From positions 1 through 57,058 of the forward strand of contig JBDRLB010000029.1 of NCBI GenBank assembly GCA_043813365.1: a stretch of 57,058 bases of DNA, in the 5' to 3' direction. Position 1 is the stretch's first letter. Every line of letters begins with the position of its first letter. Of the stretch, positions 29,126 through 38,435 are shown one piece after another. The position numbers and the translations under genes are program-made. The notes under the pieces were generated by a model. That model was not told where the DNA came from, ran no database searches, and was given only the letters and a program-made list of their open reading frames with translations. This DNA comes from Candidatus Micrarchaeota archaeon. Its GTDB lineage: Archaea; Micrarchaeota; Micrarchaeia; Norongarragalinales; SBBD01.

Positions 29126-29290
29126 TCATTCCCAGTATTTCATCAGCTTTCCGCAGTGCAACGGATAATACTGGATGGCGCCGCAGTATTTGCACACCAT
29201 ATGCGAACCCTTTGAAAGCATTTCCTCGTTCCCGCAGCATTTGGGCACCGGTTTTTCCTCGCTGCAAACCACGCAAACAAGTTTTCCCAT
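29126..29290 (-). CDS. small zinc-ribbon protein (54 aa), below the ORF-track length cutoff
   Basis: Hand translation: MGKLVCVVCSEEKPVPKCCGNEEMLSKGSHMVCKYCGAIQYYPLHCGKLMKYWE. Contains CxxC...CC...CxxC...C. A/T-rich TATA-like stretch upstream. Confidence 0.45.
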   Translation of the reverse strand: MGKLVCVVCSEEKPVPKCCGNEEMLSKGSHMVCKYCGAIQYYPLHCGKLMKYWE

Positions 29291-29368
29291 GGCACTCCTT
29301 TTACGTTTGAATGAATACCTTAAAAAATTCTCGTTTTAATACTAATTCATCTTCTTCTGAGTGATAGC

Positions 29369-30226
29369 ATGCCGTTCCAGAGGGTCAACGATCCCAAGCA
29401 GTTAAAGCTTATTGCCAATTCCATCAGGCAGGACCTCATCAGGATGCTTGCGGAAGCAAAAAGCGGCCATACCGCGGGGCCTCTTGACCTTGCGGATTTC
29501 TTTTCCGCGCTCTACTTCAATATCATGAACCACGACCCGAAAAACCCCGGCTGGGTTAGCCGCGACAGGTTCGTCCTTTCCTGCGGCCATGTATGCCCCG
29601 TTCAGTATGCGGCAATGGCGGAAGCGGGGTATTTCCCAAAGGAAGAACTCATGACTCTCAGAAAATTGGGCACGCGCCTGCATGGCCATCCGCACAACAA
29701 GGCGCTGCCGGGAATTGAAACTTCTTCAGGGCCACTGGGGCAGGGAAGCTCCATTGCAGTAGGGATGGCCCTTGCAGCCAAAATGGAGCGCAAGAAGCAT
29801 TATATCTATTGCCTCACATCGGATGGCGAGCATGACGAAGGGCAGGTATGGGAAGCATGGATGTTCGCTTGCAAAATGAGGCTTTCCAACCTGATAATTT
29901 TCATGGACCGCAACTTCATCCAGATAGATGGGAACACAGAAGATGTTTTGCCCCTCGAGCCGCTTGCAGAAAAGCTGAAATCATTCAATCTCAATGTGAT
30001 TTCCGTAAATGGCCATGACATTCCTGCGATAATCAAGGCGGTTGAGCAGGCAAAGAAGTCCGATAAGCCCAGCATGATTCTCCTTAACACGGTTCCAGGG
30101 AAAGGAATTTCATTCATCGAAGGGAAATACCAATGGCACGGCAAGCCCCCATCGCAGGAGGAGGCGCAGATGGCCATAAAGGAGCTGGAGGCGCAAAAGG
30201 AAAGGATACTTGCTGGTAAGGAATGA
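29369..30226 (+). CDS. transketolase, N-terminal (TPP pyrophosphate-binding) subunit of a split enzyme
   Basis: SGHTAGPL, SCGHVCPVQYA, GPLGQGSSIAVGMA, SDGEHDEGQVWEA. Confidence 0.9.
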   Translation: MPFQRVNDPKQLKLIANSIRQDLIRMLAEAKSGHTAGPLDLADFFSALYFNIMNHDPKNPGWVSRDRFVLSCGHVCPVQYAAMAEAGYFPKEELMTLRKLGTRLHGHPHNKALPGIETSSGPLGQGSSIAVGMALAAKMERKKHYIYCLTSDGEHDEGQVWEAWMFACKMRLSNLIIFMDRNFIQIDGNTEDVLPLEPLAEKLKSFNLNVISVNGHDIPAIIKAVEQAKKSDKPSMILLNTVPGKGISFIEGKYQWHGKPPSQEEAQMAIKELEAQKERILAGKE

Positions 30227-30247
30227 TTTTTTAACGGGTAATTCGAG

Positions 30248-31222
30248 ATGGCTGTAAAAATTTCGGAAAATATCTACGAAAAGCCGGACATGGTCCCTAC
30301 GCGTGACGGTCTGGGCAAGGGGCTCGTAGAATTGGGGATGCGAAACAGGGACGTAGTCGTGCTATGCTGCGACCTCATCGAATCCACCCGCGTGAATTGG
30401 TTCCAGGAAAAATTCCCGGACCGCACCTTCGAAATCGGCGTTGCCGAGCAGAACCTTGCGGGCCTTGCTGCGGGAATGGCAACAGAGGGGAAAGTGCCCT
30501 TCATTTCAAGCTATGCCGTCTTCTCGCCCGGAAGGAATTGGGACCAAATCAGGGTAAGCATCTGCTATTCGGAAAACAATGTAAAGGTGATAGGTTCACA
30601 TGCCGGCATTTCAGTAGGTCCGGACGGGGCAACCCACCAGGCTCTGGAGGACATCGCAATAATGCGTTGCCTCCCGAAAATGACCGTCCTCTCTCCGTGC
30701 GATTGGATCGAGGCGAAGAAGGCAACAATCGCGATTGGCGAAATGAAAGGCCCTGCGTACATCCGGCTCAGCAGGGACAAGGTTCCTGTAGTAACTACGG
30801 AGGAAACGCCCTTCAAGTTGGGGAAGGCGGAAACGTTCCGAGACGGAAGCGACGTGACCGTTGTTGCTTCGGGCCAGCTCGTCTACGAGGCGCTCATTGC
30901 AGCAAAACAGCTAGGGCAGGAGGGCATTTCCGTTCGCGTTCTGGATTTGCACACAGTCAAGCCAATCGACAAGGATGCGCTCGTAAAGGCCGCAAAAGAA
31001 ACGGGCGCGGTTGTCACAGCAGAAGAGCACCAAGTTTATGGCGGGGTCGGATCAGCAGTTGCGGAAGTGCTTTCAGAGCTCTACCCCGTGCCGATAAAGT
31101 ATGTTGCTGTGGAGGATAGGTTCGGCGAAAGCGGCCTGCCCGGGGAGCTGCTCGCGAAATTCGGTCTCAAATCAAATAATGTTGCAGATAAAATCAGGGA
31201 AGTGATGAAGCTGAAAAAATAA
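30248..31222 (+). CDS. transketolase, C-terminal (pyrimidine-binding + C-terminal domain) subunit
   Basis: FEIGVAEQNLAGLAAGMA and GPDGATHQALEDIAIMR. Follows the N-terminal subunit after 21 nt. Confidence 0.9.
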   Translation: MAVKISENIYEKPDMVPTRDGLGKGLVELGMRNRDVVVLCCDLIESTRVNWFQEKFPDRTFEIGVAEQNLAGLAAGMATEGKVPFISSYAVFSPGRNWDQIRVSICYSENNVKVIGSHAGISVGPDGATHQALEDIAIMRCLPKMTVLSPCDWIEAKKATIAIGEMKGPAYIRLSRDKVPVVTTEETPFKLGKAETFRDGSDVTVVASGQLVYEALIAAKQLGQEGISVRVLDLHTVKPIDKDALVKAAKETGAVVTAEEHQVYGGVGSAVAEVLSELYPVPIKYVAVEDRFGESGLPGELLAKFGLKSNNVADKIREVMKLKK

Positions 31223-31235
31223 AAAAATGGCCTCT

Positions 31236-31275
31236 CCCCAATCATTGCCGCCATTCGGGGCAATTCCGTTTTTTT
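31236..31275 (+). terminator. hairpin plus T7 run downstream of the transketolase pair
   Basis: CCCCAAT(31236-42)/ATT(C)GGGG(31253-60) stem followed by TTTTTTT at 31269-31275. Confidence 0.45.
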
Positions 31276-31364
31276 CATTATTATGCAGTTGTCGAATTCT
31301 TCATCGTTTGCAAAGGGTATTAATTCGTTTCGCCCAGTAATCTGTATCTTCATCGGTGAAGTTC

Positions 31365-32345
31365 ATGAACAGACCCAAAGTGTTCGTTACCCGGCCGCTG
31401 CCCGGCCATGCGCTCGAGGAGCTGAAGAGGCACTGCGACGTTGAATTGCAGGAGGAAGACCGGCCCGCAACGCGCGAGGAAATCACCGAAGGCGTGAAGG
31501 GGAAGGACGGCCTTCTCTGCATCCTTACGGACCAGATTGATATTGAAGTGATGGATGCCAACAAGAACCTCCGCATAATCTCCAATTACGGAGTAGGCTT
31601 CGACAAGATCGATCTCGATGCTGCAACCAAGAGGAAAATATTGGTAACCAATACGCCCGGGGCGCTCACCGAAACAACAGCCGACCTGGCTGTGGGGGTG
31701 ATGATTGCCGCTGCAAGGCGCATTGTTGAGGGCGACAAGTTCACGCGCGAATGCAGGTATGAAGGATGGGGGCCTTCCATGATGCTTGGCCAGGACGTGC
31801 ACAACAAGACCTTGGGCCTTGTTGGACTGGGAAGGATCGGGAAGGCGGTTGCAAAAAGGGCCCATTTCGGCTTTGGGATGAAAATCCTCTACAATGACCC
31901 GAAGAGCCAGGAGGATTTCGACAAGGAATTCAATGCGAGGCTGGTGGATTTTGAAACGTTGCTTAAGGAATCGGATTTCATTTCCATCCACGTGCCGCTG
32001 ACGCCGCAAACGCGCAAGATGTTCGGTGACAAGCAGTTCCATATGATGAAGCGCACCGCTGTGCTGGTCAACACTTCGAGAGGGCTGGTGGTTGACCAGG
32101 CTGCACTCGGAAAGGCGCTTAAATCAAGCCGCATTTTTGCTGCTGCAATAGACGTCTACGAGGACGAGCCAAAATCCCCAGTCGAGCTCATACCCCTTCA
32201 AAATGTGATCCTTCTTCCCCATATAGGAAGCGCTTCCCTCGAAACACGCACACGGATGGCCGATCTCGCAGTCCAGAACCTACTGGATTATTTCAAGGGC
32301 AGGCACCTCACGAATGTCGTAAACAAGGATCTTCTGGGGAAATAG
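31365..32345 (+). CDS. D-2-hydroxyacid dehydrogenase family, glyoxylate/hydroxypyruvate reductase-like
   Basis: KVFVTRPLP start, NAD-binding GLVGLGRIGKAVAKR, catalytic LLPHIGSAS. GGTGA 6 nt before ATG 31365. Confidence 0.8.
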   Translation: MNRPKVFVTRPLPGHALEELKRHCDVELQEEDRPATREEITEGVKGKDGLLCILTDQIDIEVMDANKNLRIISNYGVGFDKIDLDAATKRKILVTNTPGALTETTADLAVGVMIAAARRIVEGDKFTRECRYEGWGPSMMLGQDVHNKTLGLVGLGRIGKAVAKRAHFGFGMKILYNDPKSQEDFDKEFNARLVDFETLLKESDFISIHVPLTPQTRKMFGDKQFHMMKRTAVLVNTSRGLVVDQAALGKALKSSRIFAAAIDVYEDEPKSPVELIPLQNVILLPHIGSASLETRTRMADLAVQNLLDYFKGRHLTNVVNKDLLGK

Positions 32346-32362
32346 CTTCCAATTGCTGCTGG

Positions 32363-33034
32363 TTATGCGAGCAATGCCTGCAGCGCCCACATTGCAACCA
32401 CTCCGGCAACGAAATAGCTTGTTTTCCCCTTCTTGTAAGTAGGAAGCATGTCCCTGATTACGATGTAGAACATCGTCCCTATGACGAACGCGAGCACATT
32501 GTTCGCGAGCGCAGGCGCAGGGCTCAGAACCGCACCCACAAATGCGCCTAGCGGAACTGATGCCGCAAGCGCTAGCCTGTACTGTTTCCCATTCCTGACC
32601 CTCCTTATGATGCTTGCGACCAGGGTTGATGTTGCAAGCTCTGCAATAATCAGCGGCGCCATTACCAACCCTGCCAGTCGGGGGTCCGTCACATAGAGCA
32701 ATGCTATGGCAAGCCCGTTCCGGAAATTGGTGATGAAGAAACCCGCCAAATTGAGCTCCCCCTTCCCGAACTGCAAGGGGTGCCGCATGTAAACCGTTTT
32801 TTCAATAATGTGATAGATTACGAACCCCGCAAGAATGAGGGAGAAATTCAGGTTGTCATTTGCGGCTGCTGGCAATAAATCTACGAAAAGGATTGCAGTG
32901 AAGATGCCCGCACTCAGGCTTATCAATTCCGAATGGTATTTTTCCAATTTCGGATTTATTGCCTCCCCAAAATAGTGGACCAAGCCGAGCACCGTCCCCA
33001 ATAACAACTGGTCCGCCATTCCGCACATAGTCAT
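32363..33034 (-). CDS. ZIP-like divalent metal transporter (start uncertain)
   Basis: About 7-8 TM. TNFRNGLAIAL and MFYIVIRDMLP resemble the ZIP HNxxEG and DLLPE regions, but the His is not conserved. TTTATATT upstream of ATG 33034. Confidence 0.4.
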   Translation of the reverse strand: MTMCGMADQLLLGTVLGLVHYFGEAINPKLEKYHSELISLSAGIFTAILFVDLLPAAANDNLNFSLILAGFVIYHIIEKTVYMRHPLQFGKGELNLAGFFITNFRNGLAIALLYVTDPRLAGLVMAPLIIAELATSTLVASIIRRVRNGKQYRLALAASVPLGAFVGAVLSPAPALANNVLAFVIGTMFYIVIRDMLPTYKKGKTSYFVAGVVAMWALQALLA

Positions 33035-33230
33035 ACTAGTGAAAAAAGGAATATAAACACCCGCGTAAAATTGCGTATTTTCCGCCACAGCCCTTTCTCC
33101 AAGCCCCCCGCCCCCATAAATAGTACGTTTTATGACTTTTGGAACCAACCTATTGTACCTTCCCTTTCAAGGACAAACGCTTAAATATGCAACCGGAGAA
33201 ATAACTGAACCCAATCTTCCGGTGATTTTA

Positions 33231-33386
33231 ATGACCGTAAAAGGCGACGGGATCGTCAAGAACTGCAGGCACTGCTATGCGAATTTCGGCTTCGGAATAA
33301 CCTTACAACCGGATGGCGGCTATTTCTCTTGCCCAAATTGCAAGAGCCGGTATGCTTTGGAGAACGGCTTCACGAGGAAACTTTAA
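33231..33386 (+). CDS. small zinc-ribbon protein (51 aa)
   Basis: MTVKGDGIVKNCRHC...FSCPNCKSRY (CxxC x21 CxxC). TTAAATAT about 40-45 nt upstream. The long ORF 33132.. overlaps the divergent gene, so the short start is preferred. Confidence 0.45.
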   Translation: MTVKGDGIVKNCRHCYANFGFGITLQPDGGYFSCPNCKSRYALENGFTRKL

Positions 33387-33469
33387 GCGCGTTTCCATTT
33401 TTTTCCCAATTCCCCCCCACCCACTAGTCAGCTTCTTAACCTTTCCCCCCAATAAAAATAGCGGTTGCT

Positions 33470-34021
33470 ATGCCCGAAGAGAAGAAGGAATACACCGAAA
33501 AGGAGCTGGATGGCCTATTTGAAAAAGCCGGGAAATACGGGGCCATTCTTGCCCTGATTCATTTCGATTCCTACGGAAGGGACAAGGAAGTAGTGAAAGC
33601 TTCCCTGGTTGACCTGATCAGCCGGATCAATGCGGAAAAAGGCGTCGCGTACTGCAGGGGAGAGATTGAGGAGGTTCTTGAGACTGAGGATGAAAAAGGG
33701 AAGGCATACTCCACCTACACCGAAGTTAAGGTTTTATGCTCCAATTTCGACATCGCAATCGGGCTTGCTTTGCGATACGGGCCGGTTGCAATTGAAGTGC
33801 TTTACCCAAAAGAACTGAAACTGAACACGGAACAGATGCAAAACACCCTGCTATCGGCAAGCAGTATTTCCCAGCAGTTCACGAACTATTTCATGAGCAA
33901 ATTGCTGAAGCCGGATGAATTCGCGGACTACCAGGAAAACCTGAAGAAGCGCGTTGAGCACGGAAAGCAGCTGATGGACGGTGCGGAGAAAAAGGATGAA
34001 AAACCGGCTAATTCTGCCTAA
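33470..34021 (+). CDS. hypothetical protein (183 aa)
   Basis: ATG ORF with CAATAAAAATAG upstream. No family recognised. Confidence 0.5.
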   Translation: MPEEKKEYTEKELDGLFEKAGKYGAILALIHFDSYGRDKEVVKASLVDLISRINAEKGVAYCRGEIEEVLETEDEKGKAYSTYTEVKVLCSNFDIAIGLALRYGPVAIEVLYPKELKLNTEQMQNTLLSASSISQQFTNYFMSKLLKPDEFADYQENLKKRVEHGKQLMDGAEKKDEKPANSA

Positions 34022-34099
34022 TTCCCACCCGAAAGCGCCCACACTTAAAAATATATACTACCTCCTCCTTTGTAATATTCCAAAAACCCACTGGTTGTT

Positions 34100-34771
34100 A
34101 TGCAGCAGCTTGAGCTAGTAGAGCTTGTAAAGGAGCCGTCATGGAGGGAAGTGCTATTGGAATCGCTCTCCAGCCAGCAGATGAACCCTTGGGAGGTTGA
34201 TTTGGTAAAGGCCGCTGATGCTTACCTCGCCAAAGTAAGGGAAATGCAGGCAATGGACCTCCGTGTGCCTGCGAATGTGATTCTCGCTTCCGCATTGCTG
34301 CTTCATTACAAGGCAGCTGCTTTGCAGCTGGAAGAACCCGAGCCCGAGGAGGATGCATTCATCCGCCCGATGATGGATGAGGCAATTCCCGATTTGATGT
34401 ATTTGCCCGGGCTGTCCCGCACAAGGACTGTTACTTTGCAAGAGCTCATCAAGGCAGTTGAAGAAGTAATGTCAATTGGAAGGAGGGAACTCATCCCGCG
34501 CATCAAGGCGCCTCCGTTGCAAATTGAGCTTCCGAAGGAAAACATCAACGACCTCATGCTCCATGTGCATCAGCGTGCACACCAACTGAAGGACCGGGAA
34601 AACATCCTGCTCTTCTCGCAGCTCATCGAGTCCTTCAACGGCCACGGGGAAGAGTATGCGCAGCATTTCGCGCACCACCTGCTTCCCGTTCTCCACCTTA
34701 TTCAGGAGGAAAAGATGTTCGCGTGGCAGGACCGCACTTTCGGCGATATTTTCATAAAGGTAATCAATTAA
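34100..34771 (+). CDS. scpA: segregation and condensation protein A (ScpA kleisin)-like
   Basis: N-terminal MNPWEVDLVKAADAYLAKVREMQAMDLRVPANVILASALLLHYKA matches the ScpA N-terminal helices. Winged-helix-like C terminus. Confidence 0.65.
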   Translation: MQQLELVELVKEPSWREVLLESLSSQQMNPWEVDLVKAADAYLAKVREMQAMDLRVPANVILASALLLHYKAAALQLEEPEPEEDAFIRPMMDEAIPDLMYLPGLSRTRTVTLQELIKAVEEVMSIGRRELIPRIKAPPLQIELPKENINDLMLHVHQRAHQLKDRENILLFSQLIESFNGHGEEYAQHFAHHLLPVLHLIQEEKMFAWQDRTFGDIFIKVIN

Positions 34772-34892
34772 CCATTGCCCGAAAACACATCGCATCCCAA
34801 TTTACGTCTTATTTTAAGCAATTCATTCCGCATAACCCAACCTATTTAAACCCCATTTCGGTAATGCTTCCGGACTATTTTCAGGTGATATT

Positions 34893-35156
34893 ATGAAGAT
34901 CAAGGATGAGGTCATGAAGACTATCGATGCCCTCAAGAAAGCGGGCTTCAATCCTGTTGACGCCGTGTTCGAAGGCGCAGTCGGAGTGAAGGAGGATACT
35001 ACTTTGGCATTCATGGACAAGCTCAACGACAACCAGATGGTTTCCGGAGTGATCCGCGTCATTTACACGCTTGATGAGGACAACGTCCGGTTTGTTGAAA
35101 TTCCAGTTGGGCAAAGCGGAGAGCCGCCTGCAGAGGAAGCGCCCAAAAAGAGATAG
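34893..35156 (+). CDS. hypothetical protein (87 aa)
   Basis: GGTGAT Shine-Dalgarno 5 nt upstream of the ATG. No motif recognised. Confidence 0.5.
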   Translation: MKIKDEVMKTIDALKKAGFNPVDAVFEGAVGVKEDTTLAFMDKLNDNQMVSGVIRVIYTLDEDNVRFVEIPVGQSGEPPAEEAPKKR

Positions 35157-35160
35157 CTCT

Positions 35161-35415
35161 TCACATATGCTTATGATGGCTCATCATGTACCTGACAAAC
35201 CCAGCAGCCGCTCCAGTAGCCAGACCTGCTTTAATAAGAAAGGAGATGAAGCCGCCCTCGTTTCCCTTTTGCGCGTTTTCCCATTCATTTACTGCTTCTT
35301 TCCGGTTCTTCGAAACAAACCGTCTCACATTATCTGGAATATTCATTCTTTCCATGTGGGAATGCAAGTCCCCGATGCCCCCTGGATTATACCTTCCTTC
35401 CTTTGCCATGGTCAT
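35161..35415 (-). CDS. small protein with C-terminal TM helix, hypothetical
   Basis: ATGA overlap with the upstream gene 35412..36101. Last gene of the FlaJ-like operon. Confidence 0.45.
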   Translation of the reverse strand: MTMAKEGRYNPGGIGDLHSHMERMNIPDNVRRFVSKNRKEAVNEWENAQKGNEGGFISFLIKAGLATGAAAGFVRYMMSHHKHM

Positions 35416-36101
35416 TCCTTTTTTGGGGTTACGTAATAGGTCTTGAATAAATCGGGAAAAATTTCCCGTGTAAGGTTGACGCTGAGGGTTTTCGTCATTC
35501 TTGATAAATTTTTCAGGACAGACGCCGAGTCATGGATGCGAACCGCCTGCAGCAGCGGCCTTTCATATGCCATTGCCCGATCTAACAATTCCGGGGTTTC
35601 TGCGTATGCGCGGGCCCTGGCCTTATACCTCACCATGCCCCTCTTTAAGGCATTGTAAAATCCCTCTTCGTTCAAAGCCCCGCCCTTGGGCGTGAGGTGA
35701 AATCCCCTGCTTTCTGCCCTTCTTTTAAAAAAATTGTAAAATCTGGGATGTGAAAGCAACCACGTATCCGAAAGGGAAATTTGGCTGAGCTTTCCGAATT
35801 TCCGGTGTTCATAATCCACTGCGCCTATCAATTTCCAAAGGGAGGAATCCAACGTCCTGAGGTTCTCCGGCCTTAGGCCAAGATGGTCTACTTCAATTAC
35901 CCGGTGAGGCGATCCATTTGCCGGTGTTTGAAGGAAGACGTGGTAGGCCATCCTGACCGGATGATCCTGGGCCATCGTCCTGCGGATTAAGTTTTCTTCC
36001 TCTTTTAGTGAAGTGCCCCTGAACCTAGTTATGGTGCTTTTGCCATGGCTATCCAAGACCGCAGTACCCCTAATAAATTCAATATCGGTTCCTTCCGCCA
36101 T
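35412..36101 (-). CDS. hypothetical protein (229 aa) downstream of the FlaJ-like gene
   Basis: ATG ORF 36 nt after the FlaJ-like stop, same strand. No motif recognised. Confidence 0.5.
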   Translation of the reverse strand: MAEGTDIEFIRGTAVLDSHGKSTITRFRGTSLKEEENLIRRTMAQDHPVRMAYHVFLQTPANGSPHRVIEVDHLGLRPENLRTLDSSLWKLIGAVDYEHRKFGKLSQISLSDTWLLSHPRFYNFFKRRAESRGFHLTPKGGALNEEGFYNALKRGMVRYKARARAYAETPELLDRAMAYERPLLQAVRIHDSASVLKNLSRMTKTLSVNLTREIFPDLFKTYYVTPKKE

Positions 36102-36137
36102 ACTTAATTTATTTGAAAGCAGGCTTAAAAAATCACA

Positions 36138-38402
36138 TCAGCCCACTCCCGCAAGCGTCACATTCGTGAAGTACGCAACAACGCAGAAAATCAGCGCCGC
36201 AACCGGTATCGCCTTCGCGATTGCGGTGTAAGTATGCAGCTTGTTGTTGCTGTCCTCAATCTGCGAATTGAAGTACACGAGCATGAAAACAATCTCGATC
36301 ACATAAAGCCCCATGATCATCAAAAATTGGCCCGGAGTTGCCGAATCCTTGATAACATCCGAAGAAAGCGACAATGCGCTTAGCTGAATGTTCCCGAAAG
36401 CGCTCACATCCGTTGATGCGGTTGTTGCACTTCCGATGCTTCCCAATCCCGAAAGCGAGTTGATTATTACCGTCTGGAGGGAGCTGACAACAGCAAGCAC
36501 AATCGGAGCGACGAATACCGCCATTGTTGTAAGCAGGATTGTAATATCGGAAAGCAATCGCTTGAGCATTTCATCTATTTTGTGCGAATTCCGGAGCTGC
36601 ATTGAAAGCGATATGAGCGATTTTGCCGCAACATTCACGCCTATCTCGACCGAATCCACCATTATCCTCAATCCCGATTTAAGGGTCGGGGAAGGAAGGT
36701 TCTTCATCGCGCCATACACGCCGTCAAAAACAGCAGCCTCAACTGTCATCCCCAGCATGGAAACATTATCGAGGATTGTTTTGAACACCCTCTGCGCTAC
36801 CTTGCTTCTGGGAAGGAAATCAAGCGCCTGCTTCAGCGCATCCTCCATTGGCCTATTCTCCCCCAGCCTTGAGGCAAGCACGTACATCGCATCCTTGAAC
36901 TCGATTTCCATCTCCCGTATCTCATCCTGGGCCTTCTTCCTTGCGCCGTATTTCCCGTACAAGTAAACGCTGATTGCGGATGCCAACCCCATTATTATGC
37001 CGAAAATAGTGAACACGTATATTGTGATCTCCTCGGTCACCGTGCCATCCGGGGCAGCCCCTCCAATTAATGTTATGTGCGGTATCCTCGGCAATGCATC
37101 CGCCAGCTCATATTCCTTAATGGATGCTATGCTGACCAGATCAAGCGCATACCCTAAGCTTATCAAAAGCACAAGCAGCAGCAATGCTAGCATTTTATAC
37201 GGAACAAGCGCACCTCCAATCCTGATCAGCCCCTTCTTTGGTATTCCCGGGAAATTCTCAGGGATTTCCGGCGCAACATAAGTGGGCGGCCTTCCGGAAA
37301 GGATCGAATTCCCGTAAATGAACACCCCTACTGGAAGGAGCACGCAATAAATCACGAAAACCACTTCCGCCTTTGCAAATGCCGCATTTTTTATGAATGC
37401 CGCCCCTATTGGAAGGATTATTGCGAGCATCAACGGAAGCATTATCCCGAAATAATACAGGAACACCGTCGGCTGGTGCAGTCCCCTTGCATAAATATCC
37501 ATTTTTTCCTTGCTTCCCTCCAGAACATCCTCAACCGCCTTTTCCAGGTATTCCTCCCTTTTCGCCTTGTCCGTTTCAAGCACCGATGCGCGGACAGTCA
37601 TCAATGCCTGCTTGAAATCCTCCGAATAAGGCCCCCACCTATATGCAAGCTCGTCAATTGCCTCCTCTACGCTAGAATATTTCCCTATCTGCACGAGCCA
37701 GACTATTTTCTTCAGCTCGTCGGATATTCTCCCCCTTCCGTGGTTTGCGGCAAACTCCACCGCTTTCTCCAAATTGGGGTTGAGCCGCATGCTCATTACC
37801 AGGTAATTGACAATTTCTGGCACATATGCAAGCGCAAGCAGCTTTTCCTTCTCCGCGACCATCTTCGGGTATCTCCTGTAGTATAAAGCGACCCCTATGG
37901 GAATTAGCACAAGGACCGCCGCCCCCAAATAAAGGTAATTCCTCTCGAGCACCCGCATGAATTGCAAATAAAACAACGATGCAAACACGAGCCCCACAGC
38001 AAGGCCTGCAAGCATCATCCCTCTTCCCGCAGCATAGAATTCCTCGGGGGAGATCTCCAAATCAAGGAAGCCGAAAATCTCCTGCTCCTCTGGCGTGAAT
38101 TTCCTCCCAACTCCGTACGAGGCGAACCTTTTAGCGAAGAACTTCGTCGTGCTCCTGAAGAATTTGTACCTTTCCTCCTCCTTCTTCTCCTGCAGCTCCT
38201 CCTCCGGTCTGTACAGGCTCTCGACAGTGGCGATGCCCTTTTCCTTCTCCTTTTTCACGATTTCGCGCTTGATCGGAGGCATGCATGCATTACAATTAGG
38301 GGCTTTAAATTGGTGTCCCCCGCAAGCGGATTTCCCATTATTATGCAGGCAATCGCGGCATTCCCAAAATGCGGTTCCTCCCACGCTATTTTCCGGTTCC
38401 AA
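36138..38402 (-). CDS. FlaJ/TadC/PilC-family type IV pilus (archaellum-like) membrane platform protein with N-terminal zinc ribbon
   Basis: About 9 TM. Two cytoplasmic helical T2SF-like modules precede TM bundles (LAYVPEIVNYLVMSMRLNPNLEKAVEFA..., EIEFKDAMYVLASRLGENRPMEDALKQA...). N-terminus is WECRDC...CGG...CNAC. Start is TTG 38402 or GTG 38384. Confidence 0.55.
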   Translation of the reverse strand: MEPENSVGGTAFWECRDCLHNNGKSACGGHQFKAPNCNACMPPIKREIVKKEKEKGIATVESLYRPEEELQEKKEEERYKFFRSTTKFFAKRFASYGVGRKFTPEEQEIFGFLDLEISPEEFYAAGRGMMLAGLAVGLVFASLFYLQFMRVLERNYLYLGAAVLVLIPIGVALYYRRYPKMVAEKEKLLALAYVPEIVNYLVMSMRLNPNLEKAVEFAANHGRGRISDELKKIVWLVQIGKYSSVEEAIDELAYRWGPYSEDFKQALMTVRASVLETDKAKREEYLEKAVEDVLEGSKEKMDIYARGLHQPTVFLYYFGIMLPLMLAIILPIGAAFIKNAAFAKAEVVFVIYCVLLPVGVFIYGNSILSGRPPTYVAPEIPENFPGIPKKGLIRIGGALVPYKMLALLLLVLLISLGYALDLVSIASIKEYELADALPRIPHITLIGGAAPDGTVTEEITIYVFTIFGIIMGLASAISVYLYGKYGARKKAQDEIREMEIEFKDAMYVLASRLGENRPMEDALKQALDFLPRSKVAQRVFKTILDNVSMLGMTVEAAVFDGVYGAMKNLPSPTLKSGLRIMVDSVEIGVNVAAKSLISLSMQLRNSHKIDEMLKRLLSDITILLTTMAVFVAPIVLAVVSSLQTVIINSLSGLGSIGSATTASTDVSAFGNIQLSALSLSSDVIKDSATPGQFLMIMGLYVIEIVFMLVYFNSQIEDSNNKLHTYTAIAKAIPVAALIFCVVAYFTNVTLAGVG

Positions 38403-38407
38403 ACGGC

Positions 38408-38417
38408 TTATTTATTT
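38408..38417. promoter_or_regulatory. shared A/T-rich TATA-like element between divergent FlaJ-like and Mut7-C genes
   Basis: TTATTTATTT lies about 24 nt from ATG 38436 (+) and about 28 nt from GTG 38384 (-). Only 33 nt separate the annotated ORF ends. Confidence 0.4.
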
Positions 38418-38435
38418 CCTTTCCCTATTTTTCTC

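Noticed and set aside
30364-31119. 251-aa alternative-frame ORF inside the transketolase C-terminal subunit gene
   Set aside because: Arg/Gly/Pro-rich frame-shadow composition. The overlapping frame has clear transketolase motifs.
37962-38435. N-terminal 158 codons of ORF 37962..38906
   Set aside because: This part is antisense to the FlaJ-like gene. Mut7-C/DUF82 homology begins exactly at Met 38436, which has a correctly spaced TATA-like box.
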